Of a DNA stretch of 19,923 nucleotides, positions 1 through 8,146 are shown piece by piece. The translations under genes and the position numbers were made by a program. The notes below the pieces were generated by a model. It ran no database searches. It saw only the letters and a list, made by a program, of their open reading frames with translations, and was not told the DNA's origin. Positions within the stretch are counted from its first letter, which is position 1. Every line of letters starts with the position of its first letter. The DNA lies in NCBI GenBank assembly GCA_048882385.1, contig JBHLRQ010000056.1, positions 1-19,923 on the forward strand, written 5' to 3'. This DNA comes from Candidatus Thorarchaeota archaeon. Its GTDB lineage: Archaea > Asgardarchaeota > Thorarchaeia > Thorarchaeales > Thorarchaeaceae.

Positions 1-924
1 TTTGGCGATTTCTACGCATTGAAGGGAGCATCCTTCTTTGCAAATAAACGAGAATTCCTCGGTGTAATCGGAGCCAGTGGAGCAGGTAAGACAACAGTGC
101 TTCGAGTTCTTACAGGACAGATCAAACCGACAGATGGTCAAGCCTTTGTTGGGGGTTATGATGTCACTAAGAAGTCAGCTTTGATCAGTCTACTCGTTGG
201 CTACGTCCCACAACTCGAATTCCTGAGTCTATACTATGACTTCAATCCTCTGCAGAATGCACAGTTCTTTGGTAGACTCTTTGGTATGAGACCAAAGGAG
301 ATTGAAGAACGCGCCAGGAATATTCTCACAATCCTAGGATTTGATGAAGAACTTATCACAAAAAGAGTGGATCGACTCTCTGGTGGAGAACGTAAGAGAG
401 TATCGATCTGTCTTGGTATGATTCACGACCCACCCGTTTTGTTGCTTGACGAACCAACAACCGGGCTGGATGCACACTTACGTCATGAAACCCTGAACTA
501 TCTGAAGGAACTCAACTATGAGCTAGGGACAACGATGGTCATCATTAGCCACGATCTTGAGATTGTGGACTACTGCACCCGTGTCTGTCTGCTTGAAGAG
601 GGGAATGTCAGCCAGTTCGGAACACCGGAAGAGCTGATCTCATCACTCCCAGGAAAAGGAGAGAGCGTGAGAGTAGTTCTGAAGGCCATGACACCTGAGA
701 TAATCAGACGGGTAGAGTCCCTTCCAGGAGTGCAGTATACAGCTGCAGCGGGCAGGAATGCCATGAAACTGTTCATTGACAATCCGGCTGAACAGATCCT
801 GCCAATCATCTCGAAACTAAATGAGATGAAGCTACCCTTTGAAGAGGTCAGCCTTGTGGAGGCGGACTTCTTTGACTATTTTGCTGTGAAACCATGGAAA
901 GAAAATGGAGGAACCGCACCATGA
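1..924 (+). CDS. ABC transporter ATP-binding protein (ABC-2/DrrA-like exporter ATPase), 5'-truncated by the window edge
   Basis: Frame is open from base 1 (FGDFYALKG...). It contains Walker A GASGAGKT, Q-loop YVPQ, signature LSGGE, Walker B LLLDEPT and H-loop SHD, plus a C-terminal accessory extension. Stop TGA 922-924 overlaps the next ATG (ATGA). Confidence 0.95.
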   Translation, partial: FGDFYALKGASFFANKREFLGVIGASGAGKTTVLRVLTGQIKPTDGQAFVGGYDVTKKSALISLLVGYVPQLEFLSLYYDFNPLQNAQFFGRLFGMRPKEIEERARNILTILGFDEELITKRVDRLSGGERKRVSICLGMIHDPPVLLLDEPTTGLDAHLRHETLNYLKELNYELGTTMVIISHDLEIVDYCTRVCLLEEGNVSQFGTPEELISSLPGKGESVRVVLKAMTPEIIRRVESLPGVQYTAAAGRNAMKLFIDNPAEQILPIISKLNEMKLPFEEVSLVEADFFDYFAVKPWKENGGTAP

Positions 925-3900
925 AAAAATATCATGTAATCATAGCTCTGCTGGTAGTCTGTGCTCTAGCAGGTATGCAGGTACAGACAGAAGATACAAT
1001 TCTTCAGCCTGTTACTAGTCCTATACTGCAGGCACCTTACTCAGTTGCAGAGATTGCACCTTTTAGCACAGCTATTGTTTGGTCTACTACAACTGGCAAC
1101 CAAGTTGTTGATCTTGTTGTGGATAACTTTGATGCAGACTTGAGAGAGGAGATAGCAGTCATCACACAGAATGGTTCTTTGTTCTTGTTCGATGACAATA
1201 GCTCATTGCTATGGCAACTTAACTTAGGCTCAACACCCCACGCATTGGTTTCGATTGATGGAACTGCTGCATCTGGTAAGGAGATACTAATCGGAACGGA
1301 TTATGGCGCTCTCGTTATTGGAGCTGACAAGACAGTTCAGATGAATATGTCTCTCCCAGAACCAGTATATGCTGTTGCAGCTGGACACTTTGATGCTGAT
1401 GGATTTGAAGAGATTGTGGTAGGTTGTGACGACTTCTATGTTTACGCTTTCGAGATTAACACAACTCCACTTTGGAGCTATCTTAGCAACGGCAGAGTGC
1501 GCTTGATTGCTGGTGCAGATATCGACTCTGATTCAAGGACCGAAGTAGTAGTGGCTTCTGAGGGTAAGCGGTTCACCCTCTTGCAAGACACTGGTGCTGT
1601 TGGATTCGAGAAGACGAGCGGCACAACAATTACTACTGTAGCCATGGGAGATATCACAACAGCTGGAAATTGGGACGTTCTCTATGGAAACGCCAACGGA
1701 ACGCTGAATGTTTGGTACGACACCGGAATCCTTGCGTTCAAGGTTGAACTAGGGAGTAGTATTTCAGCACTTGAAGTTGGAGACCTTGTCACTGGTGGAA
1801 GACATGAGTTCGCTCTTGGAACATCTTCTAACCAGTTGAGAGTCTATACATCAGCTGGACTACTTTCCTGGAACAAGACCATGGGTGGCCAACCAAATGA
1901 CATTCAGTTCCCTAATATTGGATTCACTCTAAATTCACAGGTTCTTGTGGGAACACCAAACACGACCAATATCTATAATTCTACAGGATGGCGTGTCAAT
2001 CAACTCACGGCTAATGGTTTCACTGGAGCGCTAAGTTTCGGAAACCTGGATGACTTTGAGGGAGATGAATACGCTTTCGGTACAAACTTTGGTGTTGTGT
2101 CTACGTACGGTCGCGACTTTGACAAGGATAACCTCGCAGACGCCCGCGAGATCATCATGGAGGGCACATTCTATGATGATAGTGACAGTGACAATGACAA
2201 CTTGAATGATGGGCAGGAAGTTCTGACATATGGGACTAATCCACTTCTCGCAGACACAGACGGAGATAAGCTGTCTGACTTTGCAGAAGTCATCACTCAT
2301 GGGACCGACCCCAATGAACCTGATTCAGATGGGGACAAGCTCACAGATTGGCAGGAAGTCTACTTGGGAACCAATCCAAATCAGGCAGACACGGATGGAG
2401 ACTCGTTAACTGATTACGAGGAAAATAACATCACGCTTACTCTCCCCACTGATGTTGACAGTGATGGAGATGACATCAATGACGCACAGGATGATAATGA
2501 TGGAGACGGTTTGACCAACATCCAAGAGGTGAGGCTCTCAAAGACCGACCCGAATGACGTTGATACAGACGGAGACACCATTACCGACTACTATGATGAC
2601 CAGGATGCAGACAACCTCGCAAACTGGAAGGAGATCCAGGTTGGCACAGGTCTCTATGACCCTGACTCTGATGATGATCTCTTGAACGATGGTTATGAGG
2701 TGAAGATCAGCAAGACATCGCCGCTGAACGAGGACACAGATGGAGACTCACTGACAGACTACGAAGAGGTCATGATTGTCCACTCTAATCCTCTAAAATC
2801 AGACGGAGATGAAGACGGTCTCTCGGACTATGATGAATATGTCGTCTATGGAACTGGAGTCTTGGATAGTGACAGCGATGATGATAATTTGGAAGATGGT
2901 GAAGAAGTCAATATCTACTTCACAGATCCGTTGAACAATGATACTGATTCAGATAACATCGCTGACGGATTAGAGGTCGATTTCTGGGGGTCAGACCCGA
3001 ATTCTGCGGACACTGATCTCGATAATCTTGATGACTTTGCAGAGTGCTACATCTGGAACACGAATGTCACAAACAGCGACACTGACGGAGATACGTTGGG
3101 AGATGGATTAGAAGTTCTCACGTATGGAACTAATGCGACTCTTGTGGATACAGACTTTGACCTCATTAGAGACCCTGATGAAGTGAAATACATAGTGAAC
3201 GGCTGGGACCCAACTAACCCGAACACATTCGATCCTGGCACCTTAGATGGAAACTGGGACTTTGATGGCGATTTCCTTACGAACTACGAAGAAATCTATC
3301 TGACGCGTACGAATCCAACATTGGTTGACTCCGGAGGGTTGCCCCTAACTGACGACCTTGAGGACAGCGATCTCGACGGATTGACCAACATCGACGAGCT
3401 TCGTGTGACATTCACCCATCCCAGAAGACCAGACACTGATGAAGACAAGGTAAAAGATGGAGATGAATGGTATATTCTGGGAACTGACCCCAACGATGAA
3501 GATAGTAATGATAACGGGGTTTCTGATTACGACGAAGATTTTGACGGTGATGGATTAAGCGATGGTGTCGAGTTGTACATCACGCTGACTTTCCACGATG
3601 ATGCGGATTCTGATGATGACTTCATCTCAGATTATGATGATGACGAGGACTCCGACTTCCTACCAAACTGGTTTGAGGTGGAGATGACAGGTACTGATCC
3701 TCAATACAACGACACCAATGATAATGGAACATTCGACTGGGAAGAAGACCCCGATGATGACGAGCTCAACAATCTGCAAGAGTTTCTCAATGACTGTGAC
3801 CCGCTCCTCGCAGATACGGATTCAGATCAATTGACTGATGGAGAAGAGGTCCTCTACACGAAGACAGACCCCACAGATAGTGATGATGACGATGACGGAA

Positions 3901-6900
3901 TTCTCGACGGTCAGGATGACAAAGATAACGACGGACTGACGAATCTCGAAGAATTAAGGACCTATAACACAAATGTTACTCTATGGGACACTGACGGAGA
4001 TCGCATCCGAGACGGACTCGAAATTCAAATAGGTCTCAATGCTACAAATCCAGATACTGATGGAGACTCCTTGTACGATGGATGGAATGACATCATTCCC
4101 AATGGCATCTATGAGCCACATCTAGGAGAACGTGGAGAGGATGTCAATGCAAATGGTGTCGTCAATGTTGGGGAAACCTCACCATTTGAAGTCGATAGCG
4201 ACTTTGATAATTTGGATGATAACGAAGAATACCTGTACGGAACTTCACCCATTGATGATGACTCTGATGACGACCTATTGTTAGACGGAGATGAGATATT
4301 CGAGTACTTTACTAATCCGCTCAATAATGATTCAGATTCGGATCTTCTGTCCGATTACACAGAAGTCGAACTGACTCTCACAGACCCTAACAATATGTGG
4401 TATAACGGAACACACACTCACTACATGATTGACAGCGATGGAGACCTGTTGATCAACGGGGATGAGATAGATATCTATGATACAAACCCCGGAGATTTCG
4501 ATAGCGACGATGACAATATTGGTGATGGAATGGAAGTCCTCGTCTATCTCTCTGACCCGCTGTCGAACGATAGTGATGGGGACGGACTTCTGGACAACGA
4601 AGAACTGTTCTATGGTACTGAAATCAACATTCAGGACACAGATGGAGATCAACTGGATGACTATGTTGAGATTGAACTTCTGGGAACTGACCCATTGTTA
4701 CCATCAACTTTCATGAATGGAACTCTTGATGGAGATCTAGACCACGATGGTGACGAATTGTCCAATCTAGTTGAGATCTATGGCTACTTCTCAGATCCAA
4801 TATCCAACGACACTGACATGGATGGTTTAGAAGACGGTTTCGAGGTGTTTGTGTCAGGCACATCACCCACAGACATGGATTCAGACAATGATCAGCTGAG
4901 TGATTATGACGAGTGGATGATATACGGAACAGACCCAAGCGGGAGTGATAGTGATTCCGATGGTCTTGATGATTATGTGGAAGTCTATGTGTCACTCACT
5001 TCACCAACTCTTTGGGACAGTGATGGAGATACCCTTAGTGATGGACTTGAGTGGAATGAGTATGGAACAGATCCGAACTCTGTTGACTCAGATAATGATC
5101 TTCTCAATGACAACATCGAGATAGACATTGGTACAGATCCAAACCTGAATGACACAGACTCAGATACATTATCTGACTGGGAAGAATGGATTCTCTACGA
5201 TACAGACCCAACTGAAGCAGACATTGATGAAGATGGATTGAATGATGCTGAAGAAATCGAGAACGGTACTGACTGGGAAAATTGGGACAGTGATTTCGAT
5301 ACCATCAGTGATGGAGATGAAGTGAACATCTACGAAACCTCACCAATTAGTGATGACACTGATATGGATAATTTAGCTGATGCTGACGAGATATTCAACA
5401 GTCACACAGACCCACTCCTTGCAGATACAGATGGAGACCTGATTCCGGATGATCTTGATGATCAGGATGCTGATGGTCTTACCAATCATGATGAGATCTA
5501 CCTCTATGAAACCAACTGCACAATGATTGATACTGACATGGATCTCCTTTCTGACTATGATGAGATCTTTGTATGGGACACATCACCAAAATTGTTTGAT
5601 AGCGATGAGGATGGTCTCGGAGACTGGGATGAGCTCTTCTACTGGTCAAGTGACCCCAACGACAGAGATAGCGATAATGATGGTCTAGAAGATTCAGAAG
5701 AAGCTCTCACATGGCACACATTACTCAACAGCACAGATACAGATAATGACCTCATCTCTGACTATGATGAGATAAAGGTCTTTGAAACAGATGCATTACA
5801 CTGGGACACTGATGGAGATTCACTCTCAGATGGTAATGAAACCTACTTCCTCAACACCTCACCGTTGCGAGAAGACACAGATGGAGATCTACTTCTCGAT
5901 GGAGAAGAAGTCAATGGATTCTACATGACATTCAACGTGAGCGGTGTAGTAACTAGCAGATGGGTCTATACGAATCCAAGATTGACAGATATGGATGGAG
6001 ATTCTCTTACGGATTACGAAGAGGTGACCAAAACAAATACTGATCCAACACTGTACAGCACTCAGGGAACTTCAGTATCAGATGCAGATTGGGATATTGA
6101 TGGGGACCAGCTAACCAACGCACATGAGATTCGCCTTACAAGGACCGATCCACGAGTCTATGATAGTGATTCGGATGGCAAGTCTGATGGTGCTGATGAC
6201 GAGGACAGAGACCTGCTCACCAACTACTGGGAGTGCGTTCTGACAAAGACCGATCCTAGAGACCCCGATTCAAATGATAATGGCATCTCCGATTACAATG
6301 ATGATCAAGATGGAGATACCCTCTCAAATGGTGAGGAGTGCAAGATTTATGGTACTGACCCAAGAAATAGAGACACAGATCGTGATGGATTATATGATAA
6401 CGAAGAGATTGAAGATTGGTTTACAGACCCATTGAACAAGGACAGCGACTTCGATCTGTTGGAGGATGGACCAGAGGTCAATACCTATGGAACCATGCCG
6501 AATCTCAATGACACAGATTCTGATCTACTGAGTGACTATGAAGAAGTATTCCTGACAGCGACTAGTCCGACAACAAACATGACACACCCTGGTGTCTTAG
6601 ACAGCCTCTGGGACTCGGACGGAGATGGTATCAATAACATCGACGAGCTGAGAGTCTATGGTACATTGCCAAATGATCGGGATTTCGACAACGATGATCT
6701 GGAAGACGGTGATGAACTTCTTCTAGGCACAGGGATCAATAATCCAGATACAGACATGGATTCGCTTACAGATGGTGAAGAATTCCACCTCTACGGAACC
6801 TCTCCGTTGTTAAATGATACAGATGGCGATCTGGTCGGAGACTACGACGAAGTCATTGTATACTTTACCAACGGAACACTTCCAGATTCAGACTTTGATT

Positions 6901-7718
6901 TATTGACGGACTATCAAGAGATTTTCGTGTACGAAACAGACCCGCTCTCAGAGGATACAGACATGGATCACGTCAGCGATTATGATGAGGTAATCACGTA
7001 CAACTCAGATCCCTTGTCACAGGACGGAGACCTTGATGGGCTGAGCGATTTCGAGGAAATCTTCGAATACTTCACAGATGCGCGTGATAATGATACAGAT
7101 GGAGATCTGATAGCGGACGGACTGGAAATCGAAGTCTACGAAACTGACCCGCTTATGGCGGATACGGATCTTGACACCATAGACGATTACACCGAAATCT
7201 TCGTGCTCGGTTCTGACCCATTGCGGCAAGATTCGGATCAAGACGGTCTCCTTGATGCCGTCGACTTCATGCCGACTGTGCATTGGATATTCCCGTTGAT
7301 AGGACTGGGAATTGTCCTGTTCATAGTAGCAGTGGGTGTGAGGCGGTTCCGAGAAACCTACATGGTAGAGGAGTACGTGACCAAGGCGGAGCCTGCGAGT
7401 CTGGGCTTGGAGCCAGGAATGGACATCGCTGTAGAGTACAAGATACGCGATGGACGAGTGATATTCGGTGTGGTCGTGCGGAATGGTGCTGACAACCCAA
7501 TGCAGAACGTGCAAGTGATACTGGGAATCCCAGACCTGACTGATGCGATAAAGACAGAGAATCTAGGCACAGTTGAACCAGACACGATTTCACTAGCTCA
7601 GATTGAGTTTGAGCTCCAGCCAGGTGCTGAGGGCGAGCTAGTTGGAATGGTCGAGTACGACAGTGTTGATGGCGAGCACAAAGTTGTGAACCTGAAGCCT
7701 GTCAGGATCGTGGCATAG
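921..7718 (+). CDS. Giant secreted, membrane-anchored calcium-binding repeat protein (about 2265 aa): signal peptide, FG-GAP/VCBS-like beta-propeller, TSP3-like DxDxDG repeat stalk, TM helix, cytoplasmic beta-sandwich
   Basis: Start placed at ATG 921 (MKKYHVIIALLVVCALAG, signal-peptide-like; GGAGG upstream; ATGA overlap) rather than 894. About 8 blade motifs (e.g. GHFDADGFEEIVVG, ADIDSDSRTEVVVA, GDLVTGGRHEFALG). Repeats of T(D/N/S)PxxxD(T/S)DxDxLxDxxE. TM segment WIFPLIGLGIVLFIVAVGV is followed by RRFR. Confidence 0.9.
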   Translation: MKKYHVIIALLVVCALAGMQVQTEDTILQPVTSPILQAPYSVAEIAPFSTAIVWSTTTGNQVVDLVVDNFDADLREEIAVITQNGSLFLFDDNSSLLWQLNLGSTPHALVSIDGTAASGKEILIGTDYGALVIGADKTVQMNMSLPEPVYAVAAGHFDADGFEEIVVGCDDFYVYAFEINTTPLWSYLSNGRVRLIAGADIDSDSRTEVVVASEGKRFTLLQDTGAVGFEKTSGTTITTVAMGDITTAGNWDVLYGNANGTLNVWYDTGILAFKVELGSSISALEVGDLVTGGRHEFALGTSSNQLRVYTSAGLLSWNKTMGGQPNDIQFPNIGFTLNSQVLVGTPNTTNIYNSTGWRVNQLTANGFTGALSFGNLDDFEGDEYAFGTNFGVVSTYGRDFDKDNLADAREIIMEGTFYDDSDSDNDNLNDGQEVLTYGTNPLLADTDGDKLSDFAEVITHGTDPNEPDSDGDKLTDWQEVYLGTNPNQADTDGDSLTDYEENNITLTLPTDVDSDGDDINDAQDDNDGDGLTNIQEVRLSKTDPNDVDTDGDTITDYYDDQDADNLANWKEIQVGTGLYDPDSDDDLLNDGYEVKISKTSPLNEDTDGDSLTDYEEVMIVHSNPLKSDGDEDGLSDYDEYVVYGTGVLDSDSDDDNLEDGEEVNIYFTDPLNNDTDSDNIADGLEVDFWGSDPNSADTDLDNLDDFAECYIWNTNVTNSDTDGDTLGDGLEVLTYGTNATLVDTDFDLIRDPDEVKYIVNGWDPTNPNTFDPGTLDGNWDFDGDFLTNYEEIYLTRTNPTLVDSGGLPLTDDLEDSDLDGLTNIDELRVTFTHPRRPDTDEDKVKDGDEWYILGTDPNDEDSNDNGVSDYDEDFDGDGLSDGVELYITLTFHDDADSDDDFISDYDDDEDSDFLPNWFEVEMTGTDPQYNDTNDNGTFDWEEDPDDDELNNLQEFLNDCDPLLADTDSDQLTDGEEVLYTKTDPTDSDDDDDGILDGQDDKDNDGLTNLEELRTYNTNVTLWDTDGDRIRDGLEIQIGLNATNPDTDGDSLYDGWNDIIPNGIYEPHLGERGEDVNANGVVNVGETSPFEVDSDFDNLDDNEEYLYGTSPIDDDSDDDLLLDGDEIFEYFTNPLNNDSDSDLLSDYTEVELTLTDPNNMWYNGTHTHYMIDSDGDLLINGDEIDIYDTNPGDFDSDDDNIGDGMEVLVYLSDPLSNDSDGDGLLDNEELFYGTEINIQDTDGDQLDDYVEIELLGTDPLLPSTFMNGTLDGDLDHDGDELSNLVEIYGYFSDPISNDTDMDGLEDGFEVFVSGTSPTDMDSDNDQLSDYDEWMIYGTDPSGSDSDSDGLDDYVEVYVSLTSPTLWDSDGDTLSDGLEWNEYGTDPNSVDSDNDLLNDNIEIDIGTDPNLNDTDSDTLSDWEEWILYDTDPTEADIDEDGLNDAEEIENGTDWENWDSDFDTISDGDEVNIYETSPISDDTDMDNLADADEIFNSHTDPLLADTDGDLIPDDLDDQDADGLTNHDEIYLYETNCTMIDTDMDLLSDYDEIFVWDTSPKLFDSDEDGLGDWDELFYWSSDPNDRDSDNDGLEDSEEALTWHTLLNSTDTDNDLISDYDEIKVFETDALHWDTDGDSLSDGNETYFLNTSPLREDTDGDLLLDGEEVNGFYMTFNVSGVVTSRWVYTNPRLTDMDGDSLTDYEEVTKTNTDPTLYSTQGTSVSDADWDIDGDQLTNAHEIRLTRTDPRVYDSDSDGKSDGADDEDRDLLTNYWECVLTKTDPRDPDSNDNGISDYNDDQDGDTLSNGEECKIYGTDPRNRDTDRDGLYDNEEIEDWFTDPLNKDSDFDLLEDGPEVNTYGTMPNLNDTDSDLLSDYEEVFLTATSPTTNMTHPGVLDSLWDSDGDGINNIDELRVYGTLPNDRDFDNDDLEDGDELLLGTGINNPDTDMDSLTDGEEFHLYGTSPLLNDTDGDLVGDYDEVIVYFTNGTLPDSDFDLLTDYQEIFVYETDPLSEDTDMDHVSDYDEVITYNSDPLSQDGDLDGLSDFEEIFEYFTDARDNDTDGDLIADGLEIEVYETDPLMADTDLDTIDDYTEIFVLGSDPLRQDSDQDGLLDAVDFMPTVHWIFPLIGLGIVLFIVAVGVRRFRETYMVEEYVTKAEPASLGLEPGMDIAVEYKIRDGRVIFGVVVRNGADNPMQNVQVILGIPDLTDAIKTENLGTVEPDTISLAQIEFELQPGAEGELVGMVEYDSVDGEHKVVNLKPVRIVA
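2115..7265 (+). repeat. Protein-level tandem repeat array, about 66 acidic Ca2+-binding units (bacterial TSP3-like/binary-toxin Ca-binding type)
   Basis: Manual count gives about 66 units. Most are 22-23 aa; about 15 are longer 34-35 aa units with a second DxDxDxLxN motif. The units are degenerate at the DNA level. Confidence 0.85.
7686..7718 (+). repeat. Direct repeat copy 1 (last 11 codons of the giant gene), attL-like
   Basis: GTGAACCTGAAGCCTGTCAGGATCGTGGCATAG is 29/33 identical to 8109-8141. The 20-bp core 7689-7708 is exact. Confidence 0.9.
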
Positions 7719-7773
7719 AACAGAAGCAGAAAGATTCATGGGTTTGGGTCGAGAAGTGTAATATGTGGATTCA

Positions 7774-8109
7774 GTGGAGAATGGGTTTCAACAGCAGAAT
7801 AGAGAATACAGACAAGCATTGTGGCTTAGGGACATTAAGGTCGGTGAATCACATCATCCAGCATTTGCATGGGGACGCTGGATAGTATTTCTCTGCATTG
7901 TAATCATGTTCCTAGCAGCTTTAACTGGGTTTATCCCACAATCCCTACAACAGGCATTCATAGTCCTATGGATTGCAATTGTAATATTCGGTGGAGTTCT
8001 ATCGTGTGTGGGATTCTCCAAGTCATTTGATAGAGGTGTGTATCCCTTATTTGCTGCTTTGGTACTCGTCGGAATCATTATGATAGTAATCTTGTACTAC
8101 CTTGGTTAG
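7774..8109 (+). CDS. Small 3-TM hypothetical membrane protein (about 111 aa), paralogue of 9389..9721
   Basis: Hydrophilic N-terminus followed by three hydrophobic segments. Motif GESHHPAFAWGRWIVFLC is shared with the paralogue. GTG 7774 is preferred over 7765 because it aligns with the paralogue's ATG. Confidence 0.75.
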   Translation: MENGFQQQNREYRQALWLRDIKVGESHHPAFAWGRWIVFLCIVIMFLAALTGFIPQSLQQAFIVLWIAIVIFGGVLSCVGFSKSFDRGVYPLFAALVLVGIIMIVILYYLG

Positions 8110-8141
8110 TAAACCTGAAGCCTGTCAGGATTGTTGCGTAG
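8109..8141 (+). repeat. Direct repeat copy 2 (orphan duplicate of the giant gene 3' end), attR-like
   Basis: GTAAACCTGAAGCCTGTCAGGATTGTTGCGTAG still encodes VNLKPVRIVA-stop. All 4 differences from copy 1 are at third codon positions. Confidence 0.9.
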
Positions 8142-8146
8142 ATAGT

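Noticed and set aside
894-920. ORF-track start of the giant gene at 894
   Set aside because: It overlaps the ATPase. ATG 921 has an RBS, the ATGA coupling and a clean signal peptide.
2115-7265. Periodic sequence as a CRISPR array or DNA tandem repeat
   Set aside because: The periodicity is at the protein level only, with no identical DNA repeats separated by unique spacers.
2031-7593. Numerous short antisense or alternate-frame ORFs inside the giant gene
   Set aside because: These are shadow ORFs produced by the biased Asp-rich codon pattern, with no motifs or RBS.
7686-8141. Repeat pair as a diversity-generating retroelement VR/TR
   Set aside because: It is only 33 bp, the differences are not adenine-specific and are all synonymous, and no reverse transcriptase is present in the window.
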